Origin: an uncultured Verrucomicrobiae bacterium
GTDB taxonomy: Bacteria > Verrucomicrobiota > Verrucomicrobiia > Chthoniobacterales > UBA10450
Length of the DNA stretch: 64,000 bases
Assembly (NCBI GenBank): GCA_963756875.1
Contig: CAVWPA010000003.1
Location: 1,600,001 to 1,664,000, forward strand
Reading direction: 5' to 3'
Below, piece after piece: positions 42,793-52,528 of this stretch (position 1 is the stretch's first letter; every line of letters begins with the position of its first letter). The translations under genes and the position numbers were made by a program. The notes below the pieces were generated by a model. The model saw only the letters and a program-made list of their open reading frames with translations. It searched no databases and had not been told where the DNA came from.

Positions 42793-44591
42793 ATGGACGA
42801 AAATATAAAAGATCAGGAATTCTCGGACGCTCCTGTGGAGCCAGAGAAAACGCGTGCGGATTCAAACAATGCAGCCGACACGGCTGCCGCTAAAGAAGAG
42901 GGGGCTGTAGAGGCAGGCGTGCCGCCTGCGGGGAAGACGAAAGGAAATGCAGCCGATACGGCTGCCGCTAAAGAAGAGGGGACTGTAGAGGCAGGCGTGT
43001 CGCCTGCGGGGAAGACGAAAGGAAATGCAGCCGACACGGCTGCCGCTACAGAAGAGGGGGCTGTAGAGGCAGGCGTGTCGCCTGCGGGGAAGACGAAAGG
43101 AATGCAGCCGACACGGCTGCCGCTACAGAAGAGGGGACTGTAGAGGCAGGCGTGTCGCCTGCGGATACTGGTTCCCCGAAGGCTTTCGGTGGCATTAGAG
43201 AAAAGGATGCAGCAGAGGCGACGGAGCCAACTGTAGAGGCAGGCGTGTCGCCTGCAGGGAAAACCGAACGCAACGCAGCCGGCACGGCTGCCACTACAGA
43301 AGAAGGGGAGGAGCAACCGCGTGAAATGGCGCGCGCACTGGATCTGAACGAGTTGCAGGCGCTTTCGCCCAAGGCTCTTGATTCGGTGACGCGTGAGTTT
43401 GGTCTGCACCTTTTTCCCACACGCTCGCGTCATCATCGCATCCTCGATCTCGCACGCGCGGCATTGGGCCGCGGTTCGATCGTCACCGCCGAGGGTTTTC
43501 TCGATCAGGCCGACGATTCTTCCGTTGGTTTTTTGCGCTGGCCGAAATTGAATTTTCTGCCGGTGCCAGAGGATGTTTGCGTCCCGCGCGCCGTGATCCA
43601 GCGATTTCATTTGCGGCCGGCGCAGCGCGTTGCCGGCACACTTCGCCTCCCGCGCGATCGCGAGAAAGGTCTTGTTCTGGATGAAGTCACCACGATTGAA
43701 GGCCAGCCGGCGGAGCAATGGACGGAGCCGGCGGACTTCGAAAAACTGACGCCGCAATTTCCGCAGGGACGCATCATGCTGGAAAATACCAAGACGGGCT
43801 CGATCAGCGCGCGCGCGGTCGATCTTCTTGCGCCGCTGGGGCGCGGCCAGCGCGGCTTGATCGTGGCGCCGCCGCGCGTTGGCAAAACGATTTTGCTAAA
43901 GGAAATCGCCAAGGCGATTCGAGTGAATCATCCGGACATCATTCTGATTCTGCTTTTGGTGGACGAGCGCCCGGAAGAAGTGACCGATCTCGAGCGCGAG
44001 GTCGATTGCGAGATTTACCATTCCAATTTCGATGAAAGCGTGCAGCGGCACGTGCAGGTGGCGGAGCTGGTGCTGGAACGCGCCAAGCGCCTGGTGGAAA
44101 TGAAACGCGATGTGGTCATTCTGCTTGATAGCCTCACGCGGTTGTCGCGCGGTTACAATAATCTGCAACCGAGCAAGGGGCGCATCATGTCGGGCGGAGT
44201 GGAAGCCAAGGCGTTGATTAAGCCGAAGAAATTTTTTGGCTCGGCGCGCAATGTCGAAGAAGGCGGCAGCCTGACCATCCTTGCGACGGCGCTTATCGAA
44301 ACCGGCAGTCGCATGGACCAGTTGATCTTCGAGGAATTTAAAGGCACGGGGAACATGGAGTTGCATCTCGACCGCGCGCTGCAGGAGAAACGGTTGTATC
44401 CGGCGATCCACCCTTTGCAATCGGCGACGCGCCGCGAGGACCTGCTTTATCACCCCGAGGAATGGGAACGCGTCCAGTTGTTGCGCAAAGGGATGGCGGC
44501 GCTGCCGCCAATCGAAGCGATGGAGAAATTGATCGAGAATCTCGAAGTCACGAAAACGAACGCGGAGCTGTTGTTGAGCGGTTTGAAATGA
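42793..44591 (+). CDS. rho: Transcription termination factor Rho with repeat-derived N-terminal extension (1-nt frameshift near 43100)
   Basis: [58 protein letters not shown]; adding one A joins 42793-43143 to the core. Confidence 0.92.
42868..43299. repeat. Tandem 78-bp REP-doublet array (about five units) inside rho
   Basis: Units start at 42868, 42946, 43024 and 43101: aatgcagccgacacggctgccgcta(a/c)a-gaagagggg-ctgtagaggcaggcgtgtcgcctgc. Confidence 0.92.
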
Positions 44592-44594
44592 GAG

Positions 44595-44726
44595 CAAAAG
44601 CTCCAAGCACCAAGTTCCAAGCACCAGAGAAGTACCAATCCTCAATCTCCAAAAGCTGGATGCGTGTTCATTTGAGGATTGGAGCTTGGAATTTCACTGG
44701 ATGTTGGTGCCTGGGATTTGGAGCTT
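44595..44726. repeat. Inverted heptamer arrays, same family as 28312-28445
   Basis: aagctccaagcaccaagttccaagcacca... / ...ttggagcttggaatttcactggatgttggtgcctgggatttggagctt. Confidence 0.75.
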
Positions 44727-44733
44727 CCGCCGC

Positions 44734-45795
44734 GTGATCACTTCAGCGTGCCAACTTGCGGATTTGATTGCGCAGATCACGCCGTGTGATCGTGTTGCGG
44801 TCGATACCGAAGCGGACAGCCTTCACAGTTATCGGGAAAAGCTTTGCCTGCTGCAGATCAGCCTGCCGGCGGCGGGGTCAGGCGTCGATTTTATTGTCGA
44901 TCCGTTGTCGGAAGTCGATCTTGCGCCTCTTGCCCGGCTGCTGGCGGAAAGGGAGATTGTGTTGCACGGCGCGGATTACGATCTCCGATTGTTGCGGCGA
45001 GGCCTCAACTTTGTCGCGAAACGAATCTTCGACACTGTTATTGCGGCCCGTTTAATTGGGATCCGGCAGTTCAGCCTGGCTGCACTGGTCGAGCGTTATT
45101 TTGACGTCAAACTTGCCAAGGGCTCCCAGAAAGCGAATTGGGCGCAGCGTCCGTTGCCTGCGCGGATGGAAGAATACGCCCGCAACGACACGCATTATTT
45201 GTTGCCACTGGCCGATCGTTTGGTAAGCGAACTGGATCGGCTCGAGCGGCTGGAATGGTTTCGTCAATCATGTCAGCGCGCAATCGAGCAAGCTGCGGTA
45301 GATCGCGTGCGAGATGTCGACGAAGCGTGGCGCATTTCTGGGGCGGGCGCGTTGCGCGGACGGGCGGGAGCGGTGTTGCGGGCGCTTTGGAACTGGCGCG
45401 AAAAAGAGGCGGAAGCCGCAGACCGTCCATCCTTTCACGTTTTGCACAACCGCGAATTGTTGAGCTCGGCTGAAAAATTCGCGGACAGCGAAGTGCCCGA
45501 CTACAAACATTTTTCGTTTCGTCGCCGGCAGGCATTCCGCGAAGCGGGCGAACAGGCGCTCAGTTTGCCGGAAGAAGAGTGGCCGGTTTGGCGAAAGGCT
45601 TCGAGAAAACGATCGAGCCCGGCGATTGGGCGACGCGTCGAAGAGTTGAGGCACCATCGGGAGCGCGTGGCAAAGCAGCTTGATCTGGAACCGAGTTTTA
45701 TTGCTCCGAAGGCTGCGCTGGAAGCGGTTGCGGCGGATGAAACGCCCGCCGGCGATCTACTGGTGCCGTGGCAGCGGCAACTGCTTGGGGTTTAG
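44734..45795 (+). CDS. rnd: Ribonuclease D-like 3'-5' exonuclease with HRDC domain
   Basis: AVDTEADS, LHGADYDL, FDT, YARNDTHYL, WRE..A..ADRP. Confidence 0.88.
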   Translation: MITSACQLADLIAQITPCDRVAVDTEADSLHSYREKLCLLQISLPAAGSGVDFIVDPLSEVDLAPLARLLAEREIVLHGADYDLRLLRRGLNFVAKRIFDTVIAARLIGIRQFSLAALVERYFDVKLAKGSQKANWAQRPLPARMEEYARNDTHYLLPLADRLVSELDRLERLEWFRQSCQRAIEQAAVDRVRDVDEAWRISGAGALRGRAGAVLRALWNWREKEAEAADRPSFHVLHNRELLSSAEKFADSEVPDYKHFSFRRRQAFREAGEQALSLPEEEWPVWRKASRKRSSPAIGRRVEELRHHRERVAKQLDLEPSFIAPKAALEAVAADETPAGDLLVPWQRQLLGV

Positions 45796-45804
45796 AGGCG
45801 GATT

Positions 45805-45949
45805 GGCTTTGTTGAAAACCTGTTTCGAGGCATTGTGTAGCCACCGGCCTATGGCCGGTCTTTTCCGGGAAGTTGCGCTCGCAGAGGACGGCCCCGCAGG
45901 GCCGTGGCTACAAAGAACGCGCTTTTGATCGTAGCTTTTCAACAGAGCC
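45805..45949. mobile_element. MITE with TGTTGAAAA terminal IRs and 9-bp TSD, carrying a REP doublet
   Basis: ggctttgttgaaaa / ttttcaacagagcc; TSD aggcggatt at 45796-45804 and 45950-45958; internal tgtagccac...gtggctaca. Confidence 0.85.
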
Positions 45950-46179
45950 AGGCGGATTCTACAGAAGGAGGGCCGCGGCTCCGCAGCTGCGCGGCTATCA
46001 AATAAGCGAGATCGTACGGCGGCCGGCTCGATTCCCTGCCTCCTGACAGGATGAAAGCGCTTGACTGGAGGGGCGCGCAGCCGCCATAACTGGCGGTCTC
46101 GGATGGTTTCCCTGAAGGGTCTATGAGCATTAAGATTCGAGCCGTTTTGGCGGCATCCGGCGGATAAGAATGGAGTAAT

Positions 46180-49100
46180 ATGAATCGCAAACTCACAAGC
46201 CATGTCTCATGGAGTGCCATAATGTGCGCGTGCGCGATCGCAGCGCCTGCGCTGACATCGGTTGAAGGAGCGGCGTTGAAAGCAGCGCACGTCTCACGAG
46301 TGATTCAGGATGTAAAACTGCTCGCTCCTTCTGCGGCGCCCCGCCCCGCCGCGATCGACGATCCGGTGAAAGAAGGAACGGCTGTGCGGACCGGCATCCA
46401 GTCGCGCGCGGAGCTCACTTTCGCAGACCTGACCATCACGCGGCTTGGCGAAAACACGGTCTTCAATTTTGGAGCGAACGCCCGTGAGTTGGACCTGGCT
46501 ACTGGGTCGGTGCTTGTTCAGGTGCCATCAAAAGCACCGCCGGCCCGAATTACAACAGCGGCAGTGACGGCTGCCATCAGTGGTGGGACCGCCATGTTTG
46601 CGACAGGTCCTCCGATAAAATTCATGGTTTTGGAAGGAACCGGAACTTTTTATCCGAAAGGTCATCCGGAAGAAGCCATCACTCTGCACGGGGGAGAAAT
46701 GATGATGTTCACTCCTGACGGTCACATGGTTGGGCCGATGACATTCGATGTGAAAAAGGTCATGGAAACGTCGCACTTGATTATCGATTTTCCCGACCTC
46801 CCAAACCTGCCGTTGATTTTGGACGTGATGAATGGGCAAACATCAATTTCGATCGCGGGTCCGAGTCCCGCGCCCCAAAAGGACATCGTCGATCTGGTTG
46901 ATCAAACCAACAACGCGTCGTCATCGCCGCCGCCCGGGCCTCCACCATCGGGCACACCGGGCAAATTTGGGCCGCCATCGACGATTGGGTCACCGGTTCC
47001 GTATGTCATTACTTCGGGAACGCAGATTCAAACCGATCCGGTGATTACCACAAACGGCGTGACCAATTACGGGACGATTTATCAAGGCTCGGGGATCGAT
47101 GGTCCGTTTTCAGCCTGGGCGTTTGGTTCGACATCATCTTTTGACACGACCAGCGGATTCGATGGCCAGATCACCCATTCGGGCGCGGTCTTCAAGTTCG
47201 CCTCGCTTTCTCTGGCGGGCGATCCGATGATCGACACAACGAGCGGCGAAACGGGCCTTGGCCTGATCGGTGTGAACAGCGTCATTTCCGGTTCCGGCGG
47301 GATGCTGACCTTTCCCGGGATCGAGGGGTTGCTGATTGCAACAGAAGCCGGGTCGATCAATCTCGGATCGGGAATTTCGTTTAATGGCCCGACCGATTTG
47401 AATTTCTACGCACGCGGCTCCACCAGCGATCTCACGCTGGGCTCGGATGCGACGTCGTCGGGCAACATTCGCCTTTATGCCGGACGCGATATCCAGGTCA
47501 ACAGCGCCATAAGCACTCCGACTTTCACTGCATTTTCCGGCGGCGATTTCTTCGCCAACGCATCGGGGACGAACATCATGGCCGACAACATCGACGTCGA
47601 ATCTCTTTCGAACATCACCATCGATGCATCCAAGGTTCCCGATCCGGTGAGCGTGGGCGGCGCGATTATTTTCAACGCGGCGGACACGGTGAACCTCGCT
47701 CTATACGGCGGCGGCAATTTCGGGTGGGACTCGCTCAATATTCAGGGCACGACAGTGAACCTTACGAATCCGGCGCCGACGACGTTCAATTTCTCGAACT
47801 CCAGCAGCGTGACGGTGACCGCCGGCACAGGTGGGATTAACGCGTCGAACATCGAGTTTTTTGGAGACAATCTTACGCTCGATTCTACTGCAAACATCGA
47901 CATTTACTCCGCGACGACGCCGTTGGACATGAATAACAATCCGGCGATCTCCGGCTCGATCACCGCGAACGGGAATATCGATGCTGCGGGAGAGATTGAT
48001 ACCGGGATATTGCACGCGGACGGCAACATCACCGGTGGTGGCGCGCTGAAGGCGGGAGACATCAGCGCCAACGGCAACATCATGGCGGACAGCGACATTT
48101 TCGCCTACGGCGGCTCGATCACGGCGGATGGAGATATCATTTCGACCAGCGGCAGCATTGAGCTTCAGCAAAACCCGCCCGGCACGTTCGGTAACATTAC
48201 TGCCGGTGGAGATATTAGCGCGGCCGGCGGAATATTTACACCGGGCGACCCGGTGATAGTGATGGCGGACGGGTCGATCACAGCTCCGGGTGTGATTACC
48301 GGTACGCTTCAGGCCGGGACCGATATCACAATCGACAATTCGGGCGGCGGTTTTGGCTTCGGCATCGTGGCCAACCATGTCAGCGCCGGCGGCACGCTTT
48401 ACCTGATCAATTCGCCCACGATCTCACCCAACAACGGCGGCTCGGGCGGGAATGACGGAGAGACGCTCGACGACTTCAGCATGACGGTGGGATCGATTTC
48501 CAGCACGGGACCGACTTTTGCCGTCCTTTCGTCCAACGGCGGCGATGCGGATTCGAACTTTGTTGATTCGAATCCGGGCAACGGCGGCAATATCACGCTC
48601 ATGATTACGGCCGGCGGCCTCAACGTTGGCGAACCGCTCACCTATGGTGTGATCAGTTTGACGGATCTCGAGTCGATTCAGGCAAACGGAGGGGCCTACA
48701 ATGCGAGCGGTCCGTTCGGCGGTGGTAACGGCGGCACGATCAACATTACCGCTGCCGGCGACGTGACGATCGATTCTACGCAAGATGGTTCGCCGACAAT
48801 CTTCGCCAGCTCTGGCATTGTTTCCGACGATACGACTCAGTTCGCGGGTAATGGCGGCACGGTGAACATTACTTCCACCGGCGGCGCGGTCGCGGTCGAG
48901 GGCTCGATCGAGGTATCTTCAGAAGATTCTGCTCATCGACCCGAAGACCCGTTTGGAAGAGAAAGCGCCAGCGGCGGAACGATTGACCTGCAAAGCAACC
49001 TTACTACTGGCATCGGTATTACCGTGGGAGCGAATGGCTCACTGCTCTCCTACCTGAGTTTGGACGCCCTTAATGCGGATGGCGCGCCTGGCTCGATTAC

Positions 49101-51480
49101 ACTCTCCACCATGGGAGCCGACATCGTCGTGAACGGCACGGTGCGCGCTGATTTTGGCACAATTACCATCGATCAAGATGATCCGGTGGCGGCGACTCCC
49201 ACGATCACGCTCGACGGCGCCACATTGCAGGGAGCCAGGCTCAATATTAATGGAAGCGGCGATCTCACCATAGGGCCGAACTACAGCACCGCGATCAATG
49301 TTTACAGCGACAGCACGTGGAATGTGTCGCATGACATTACGATTAATGCTGCGAATACGAGCTTTGCGTATGCTTTCACGCTGAATGCCACGGCGGGCAA
49401 CGCGATTAATTTCACTGGCGGAAGTTCTGGCTCCCCTGCGACGCTCACGTTGCCGCTCTCAGGCGACACGACTTTCCAAGCCGGGACCGGAGGTATCAAC
49501 GCGCAATACGTCGATATCCAATTTGCTGGCGCGGCATTGAATCTTGTGTCGGGCGGCGACATTACCGCGAATTCCATCGCTTTTACTGATTACTATGCTC
49601 GTGGAAGCGTGAACGCCGTGGGCGCGCTGACGGTCACCAACGATCTCAACAGTGGCGATGTTAGCGCGGCAAGCATCGATGCCGGAGGCGACTCTTTAAC
49701 GGGTTCGCTAACGAGTAGTAGCACGATCAATATTGGTGGAAGAATGGGCTCCTTCGGCACGGTGACGGCGAATGGCGCCATAACCGCGGGCACGGTGGCT
49801 GTGCCGACGATTGTCGATCCCAACGGCGTTCTCACCGTCGGAAGTGGCGGTATTAAACCATTTGTCTTTAGCACCGATCCGAGTTTCCCCGCGCAGGGTG
49901 CTAAGGCACCGCATGTTTTCACTGTGGATTCGATTGTTTCGCCTAACGGAATTGATCTTAGTGGCAATCAATTTGGCGGTATCGACGGCTACTCTTCGGG
50001 CGGGATACTCACTTTGAACGTGAACTCAGCGACTTTCGATCCATCAAGCGGGATTGGCATTGTGAACTTTAACGGCGCAGACGCCGGCGCGACCGATTTC
50101 AGCGGAAATGTGTTTACAACAGTTGGTGGAGATGGCGGAACTTTCATTGCGAATGCCGCCGGGGATATCACAGTTACTTCGGATTCGCCCATTACGGCGA
50201 CGACAGGGGAGATCGACCCGAATCTTTCCAATGCAACCGACTCGGGGGCGGGCGGGACGGTCGAACTGAACTCTACAAACGGGACGGTGTCGGTCGATTC
50301 GAGCATCCAGGTTTCTTCAGCAGAGCCGACATCGACAGTTGCGCCGTTCCGATCGAGCTCAAGTGGCGGCAACATCAGCCTCACCAGCGGCAAGACATCC
50401 GGCGTTGCCATCAACCTCACGAGTTCCGCACAACTGCTCGCTCTGTTGAGCAACACGGCCGCCCTCAGTTCGGGAGGCAACATTACAATCGTGGCGACCA
50501 ATGCTGCAAACAACGGCACGAGCACGAGCAGCATCGACATCGACAACACGTACGGCCAGATCAGAGCCGATCGCGGCACGGTCGAGATTCGTCACGATGG
50601 CGATGGCGGCCTGATCAATCTCACCAACTCGAATATCAGCGCCGACATCGTAAAGATCGGCGCGCTTGGAAATGATGGAACGCTGACAATCGGCGGCGGC
50701 ACGATTTCGGCCGATTCGATGTTGAAGCTTTATGCGGGCAGCAGCAATGGTTCCATCGATTTTGTTTCGGACGTCACGCTGAACAGCTCAAGCACGGCGG
50801 CAATTATCGCTGCGAACACGGTAACCATTGAAAACGGCGTGACCGTCACAATCGTCGGACTGGCTGCAATGGTTTACACGAACAATGCCAATTATGCCCC
50901 GCTGGATGCGTTGGGAAATCCAGAAGGCGGAACCAACCTGACCAGTACGGGTCGATTCGGCGGCTCCGGCGCAATTACCAACTCTCTCCCAGCGCCGCTG
51001 TTTGATGATCCTCCTGGAAACTTGCCTATTACCCGCACCGCGAGTGCACCTGCCAATGCTCAGAATGTTTCCAGTGCGAAGGTCACATCATCGGGCGTTC
51101 GTGGTGGAGCTGGCGGGACCGGGCGATTGCAACCCGAAGGCCCCATTAGGCGGAGTGGAAGAAGTGGCGATCTTGTGGCCACCAACGCGAAGAGCGCGGG
51201 CACCGCGATCAATGTTGCCAACTCGGGACAGTTGCTTTCCATGCTCGACGAGGCTGCTCCCGGTCCTGGCGGCAAAATTACGATTGCGCCTTCAAAGAGC
51301 ACCAGGAATGGAGGGAATTCCGCTCGCAGCGGGGTCAGTCGTCGCGTGACGGCCGATGGCAACGCGGCGGACGCCCGGCGCATGCGCGATCGGCGGGTGA
51401 TTCAACCAACCACCAACACTTTCAGCGGCGCGGGGGACAATAACGCGCGGCGCCTCGCCAGCGCACCCGGACTCCATTAG
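46180..51480 (+). CDS. Large secreted protein: FecR-like N-domain plus long Gly/Thr/Asn-rich beta-helix-like region
   Basis: Signal peptide; VRTG..SRAELTF.D.TITRLGENT FecR motif; repetitive GxxITI strands. Confidence 0.82.
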   Translation: MNRKLTSHVSWSAIMCACAIAAPALTSVEGAALKAAHVSRVIQDVKLLAPSAAPRPAAIDDPVKEGTAVRTGIQSRAELTFADLTITRLGENTVFNFGANARELDLATGSVLVQVPSKAPPARITTAAVTAAISGGTAMFATGPPIKFMVLEGTGTFYPKGHPEEAITLHGGEMMMFTPDGHMVGPMTFDVKKVMETSHLIIDFPDLPNLPLILDVMNGQTSISIAGPSPAPQKDIVDLVDQTNNASSSPPPGPPPSGTPGKFGPPSTIGSPVPYVITSGTQIQTDPVITTNGVTNYGTIYQGSGIDGPFSAWAFGSTSSFDTTSGFDGQITHSGAVFKFASLSLAGDPMIDTTSGETGLGLIGVNSVISGSGGMLTFPGIEGLLIATEAGSINLGSGISFNGPTDLNFYARGSTSDLTLGSDATSSGNIRLYAGRDIQVNSAISTPTFTAFSGGDFFANASGTNIMADNIDVESLSNITIDASKVPDPVSVGGAIIFNAADTVNLALYGGGNFGWDSLNIQGTTVNLTNPAPTTFNFSNSSSVTVTAGTGGINASNIEFFGDNLTLDSTANIDIYSATTPLDMNNNPAISGSITANGNIDAAGEIDTGILHADGNITGGGALKAGDISANGNIMADSDIFAYGGSITADGDIISTSGSIELQQNPPGTFGNITAGGDISAAGGIFTPGDPVIVMADGSITAPGVITGTLQAGTDITIDNSGGGFGFGIVANHVSAGGTLYLINSPTISPNNGGSGGNDGETLDDFSMTVGSISSTGPTFAVLSSNGGDADSNFVDSNPGNGGNITLMITAGGLNVGEPLTYGVISLTDLESIQANGGAYNASGPFGGGNGGTINITAAGDVTIDSTQDGSPTIFASSGIVSDDTTQFAGNGGTVNITSTGGAVAVEGSIEVSSEDSAHRPEDPFGRESASGGTIDLQSNLTTGIGITVGANGSLLSYLSLDALNADGAPGSITLSTMGADIVVNGTVRADFGTITIDQDDPVAATPTITLDGATLQGARLNINGSGDLTIGPNYSTAINVYSDSTWNVSHDITINAANTSFAYAFTLNATAGNAINFTGGSSGSPATLTLPLSGDTTFQAGTGGINAQYVDIQFAGAALNLVSGGDITANSIAFTDYYARGSVNAVGALTVTNDLNSGDVSAASIDAGGDSLTGSLTSSSTINIGGRMGSFGTVTANGAITAGTVAVPTIVDPNGVLTVGSGGIKPFVFSTDPSFPAQGAKAPHVFTVDSIVSPNGIDLSGNQFGGIDGYSSGGILTLNVNSATFDPSSGIGIVNFNGADAGATDFSGNVFTTVGGDGGTFIANAAGDITVTSDSPITATTGEIDPNLSNATDSGAGGTVELNSTNGTVSVDSSIQVSSAEPTSTVAPFRSSSSGGNISLTSGKTSGVAINLTSSAQLLALLSNTAALSSGGNITIVATNAANNGTSTSSIDIDNTYGQIRADRGTVEIRHDGDGGLINLTNSNISADIVKIGALGNDGTLTIGGGTISADSMLKLYAGSSNGSIDFVSDVTLNSSSTAAIIAANTVTIENGVTVTIVGLAAMVYTNNANYAPLDALGNPEGGTNLTSTGRFGGSGAITNSLPAPLFDDPPGNLPITRTASAPANAQNVSSAKVTSSGVRGGAGGTGRLQPEGPIRRSGRSGDLVATNAKSAGTAINVANSGQLLSMLDEAAPGPGGKITIAPSKSTRNGGNSARSGVSRRVTADGNAADARRMRDRRVIQPTTNTFSGAGDNNARRLASAPGLH

Positions 51481-51643
51481 CTTCATTCTGCAAACCAGGC
51501 TCCATTGGGGCGCGCCTTGCGAGCCCAAACTCGGCGCAGGATGGCCACATCTGGCGGCTGAACGTTGTAAAAGCTTGACCTGCCCAAGGCAAGGCCTCAA
51601 AAACGGCGCTTGGAACGCCCTGGGATAGGGGTCTCAGGCAATT

Positions 51644-52525
51644 ATGAGTCGCAACCTTCATCTTGTCGTCCTGGTATCGCTCGCCGCGCTGCCTGCGAGC
51701 AGGTTGAACGCCGCTTCGTCCGTAGAAGCCCGTGTCACGCAAATTTCCAAAACCGTGCAGTTGCTGGCTCCGAAAACCGCCGCGCGTTCAGCATCTCTGA
51801 GCGACAATGTGAGAGAGGGAACCACCGTTCGGACGGTAGGCGACTCGAGCGTTGAGCTAACCTTTTTCGACGGAACGATTGTGCGGCTCGCGGCCAATAC
51901 CGCTTTTAGTTTTGAACGCGGCACACACGATTTGAATCTGGGCGCGGGCGCGGTGTTGGTTCAGGCCTCGGAAGGAGCGAGAGGTGCCAGGATTCACGCC
52001 GGCGACGCCGCAGCTGCAATTACAGGGACAACCGTCATGTGCGAGTATCACGCCGGGGTTTGTAAATTTCTGGTTCTTGAGGGCACTGGCCGATTCTATC
52101 GCCCGGGACATCTCGGCGATTCGGTCCTGGTTAGGCCCGGGCAAATGGTGATCGGCAAACCGAGCGATCCAGTGAGCGATCCGGTAGACTTCGATATCGG
52201 CCGGTTCGTAAGAACCAGCCGGTTGATTATTAATCATCGGCCGCTGCCCAGCGAGCAGTTGATCGCGGCCGAAACTCGGAAACAACAGCGCGAGAAATCC
52301 AAAAAGACTTTGATCGACACTAACCTGGTGATTTTCGGAGGCGGAACTCTGGTGTCGATTACAAAACCCACGCAGACGAATGGTGCTGGTGCGAAGCCGG
52401 GACCGAACGGAATTCCGGCCTCGACCGATCTCGGAAGCGTCCAAACGCCGCCTTCCTTATCGAATCCGGCATCAAATCCGAGTGGATTGAATGCGGTTGA
52501 TCAGGCAGCAGATAGCCGGCGGTAG
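51644..52525 (+). CDS. Secreted FecR-domain-only protein
   Basis: VRTVGDSSVELTFFDGTIVRLAANT, AAITGT. Confidence 0.82.
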   Translation: MSRNLHLVVLVSLAALPASRLNAASSVEARVTQISKTVQLLAPKTAARSASLSDNVREGTTVRTVGDSSVELTFFDGTIVRLAANTAFSFERGTHDLNLGAGAVLVQASEGARGARIHAGDAAAAITGTTVMCEYHAGVCKFLVLEGTGRFYRPGHLGDSVLVRPGQMVIGKPSDPVSDPVDFDIGRFVRTSRLIINHRPLPSEQLIAAETRKQQREKSKKTLIDTNLVIFGGGTLVSITKPTQTNGAGAKPGPNGIPASTDLGSVQTPPSLSNPASNPSGLNAVDQAADSRR

Positions 52526-52528
52526 AAT

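Noticed and set aside
42868..43299. Regularly spaced repeats resembling a CRISPR array
   Set aside because: The intervening sequences are near-identical rather than unique spacers, no cas genes are present, and the units match dispersed REP arms.
46041..46057. ctgacaggatgaaa as a hammerhead ribozyme core
   Set aside because: It lacks the CUGANGA consensus and a stem II between the core segments.
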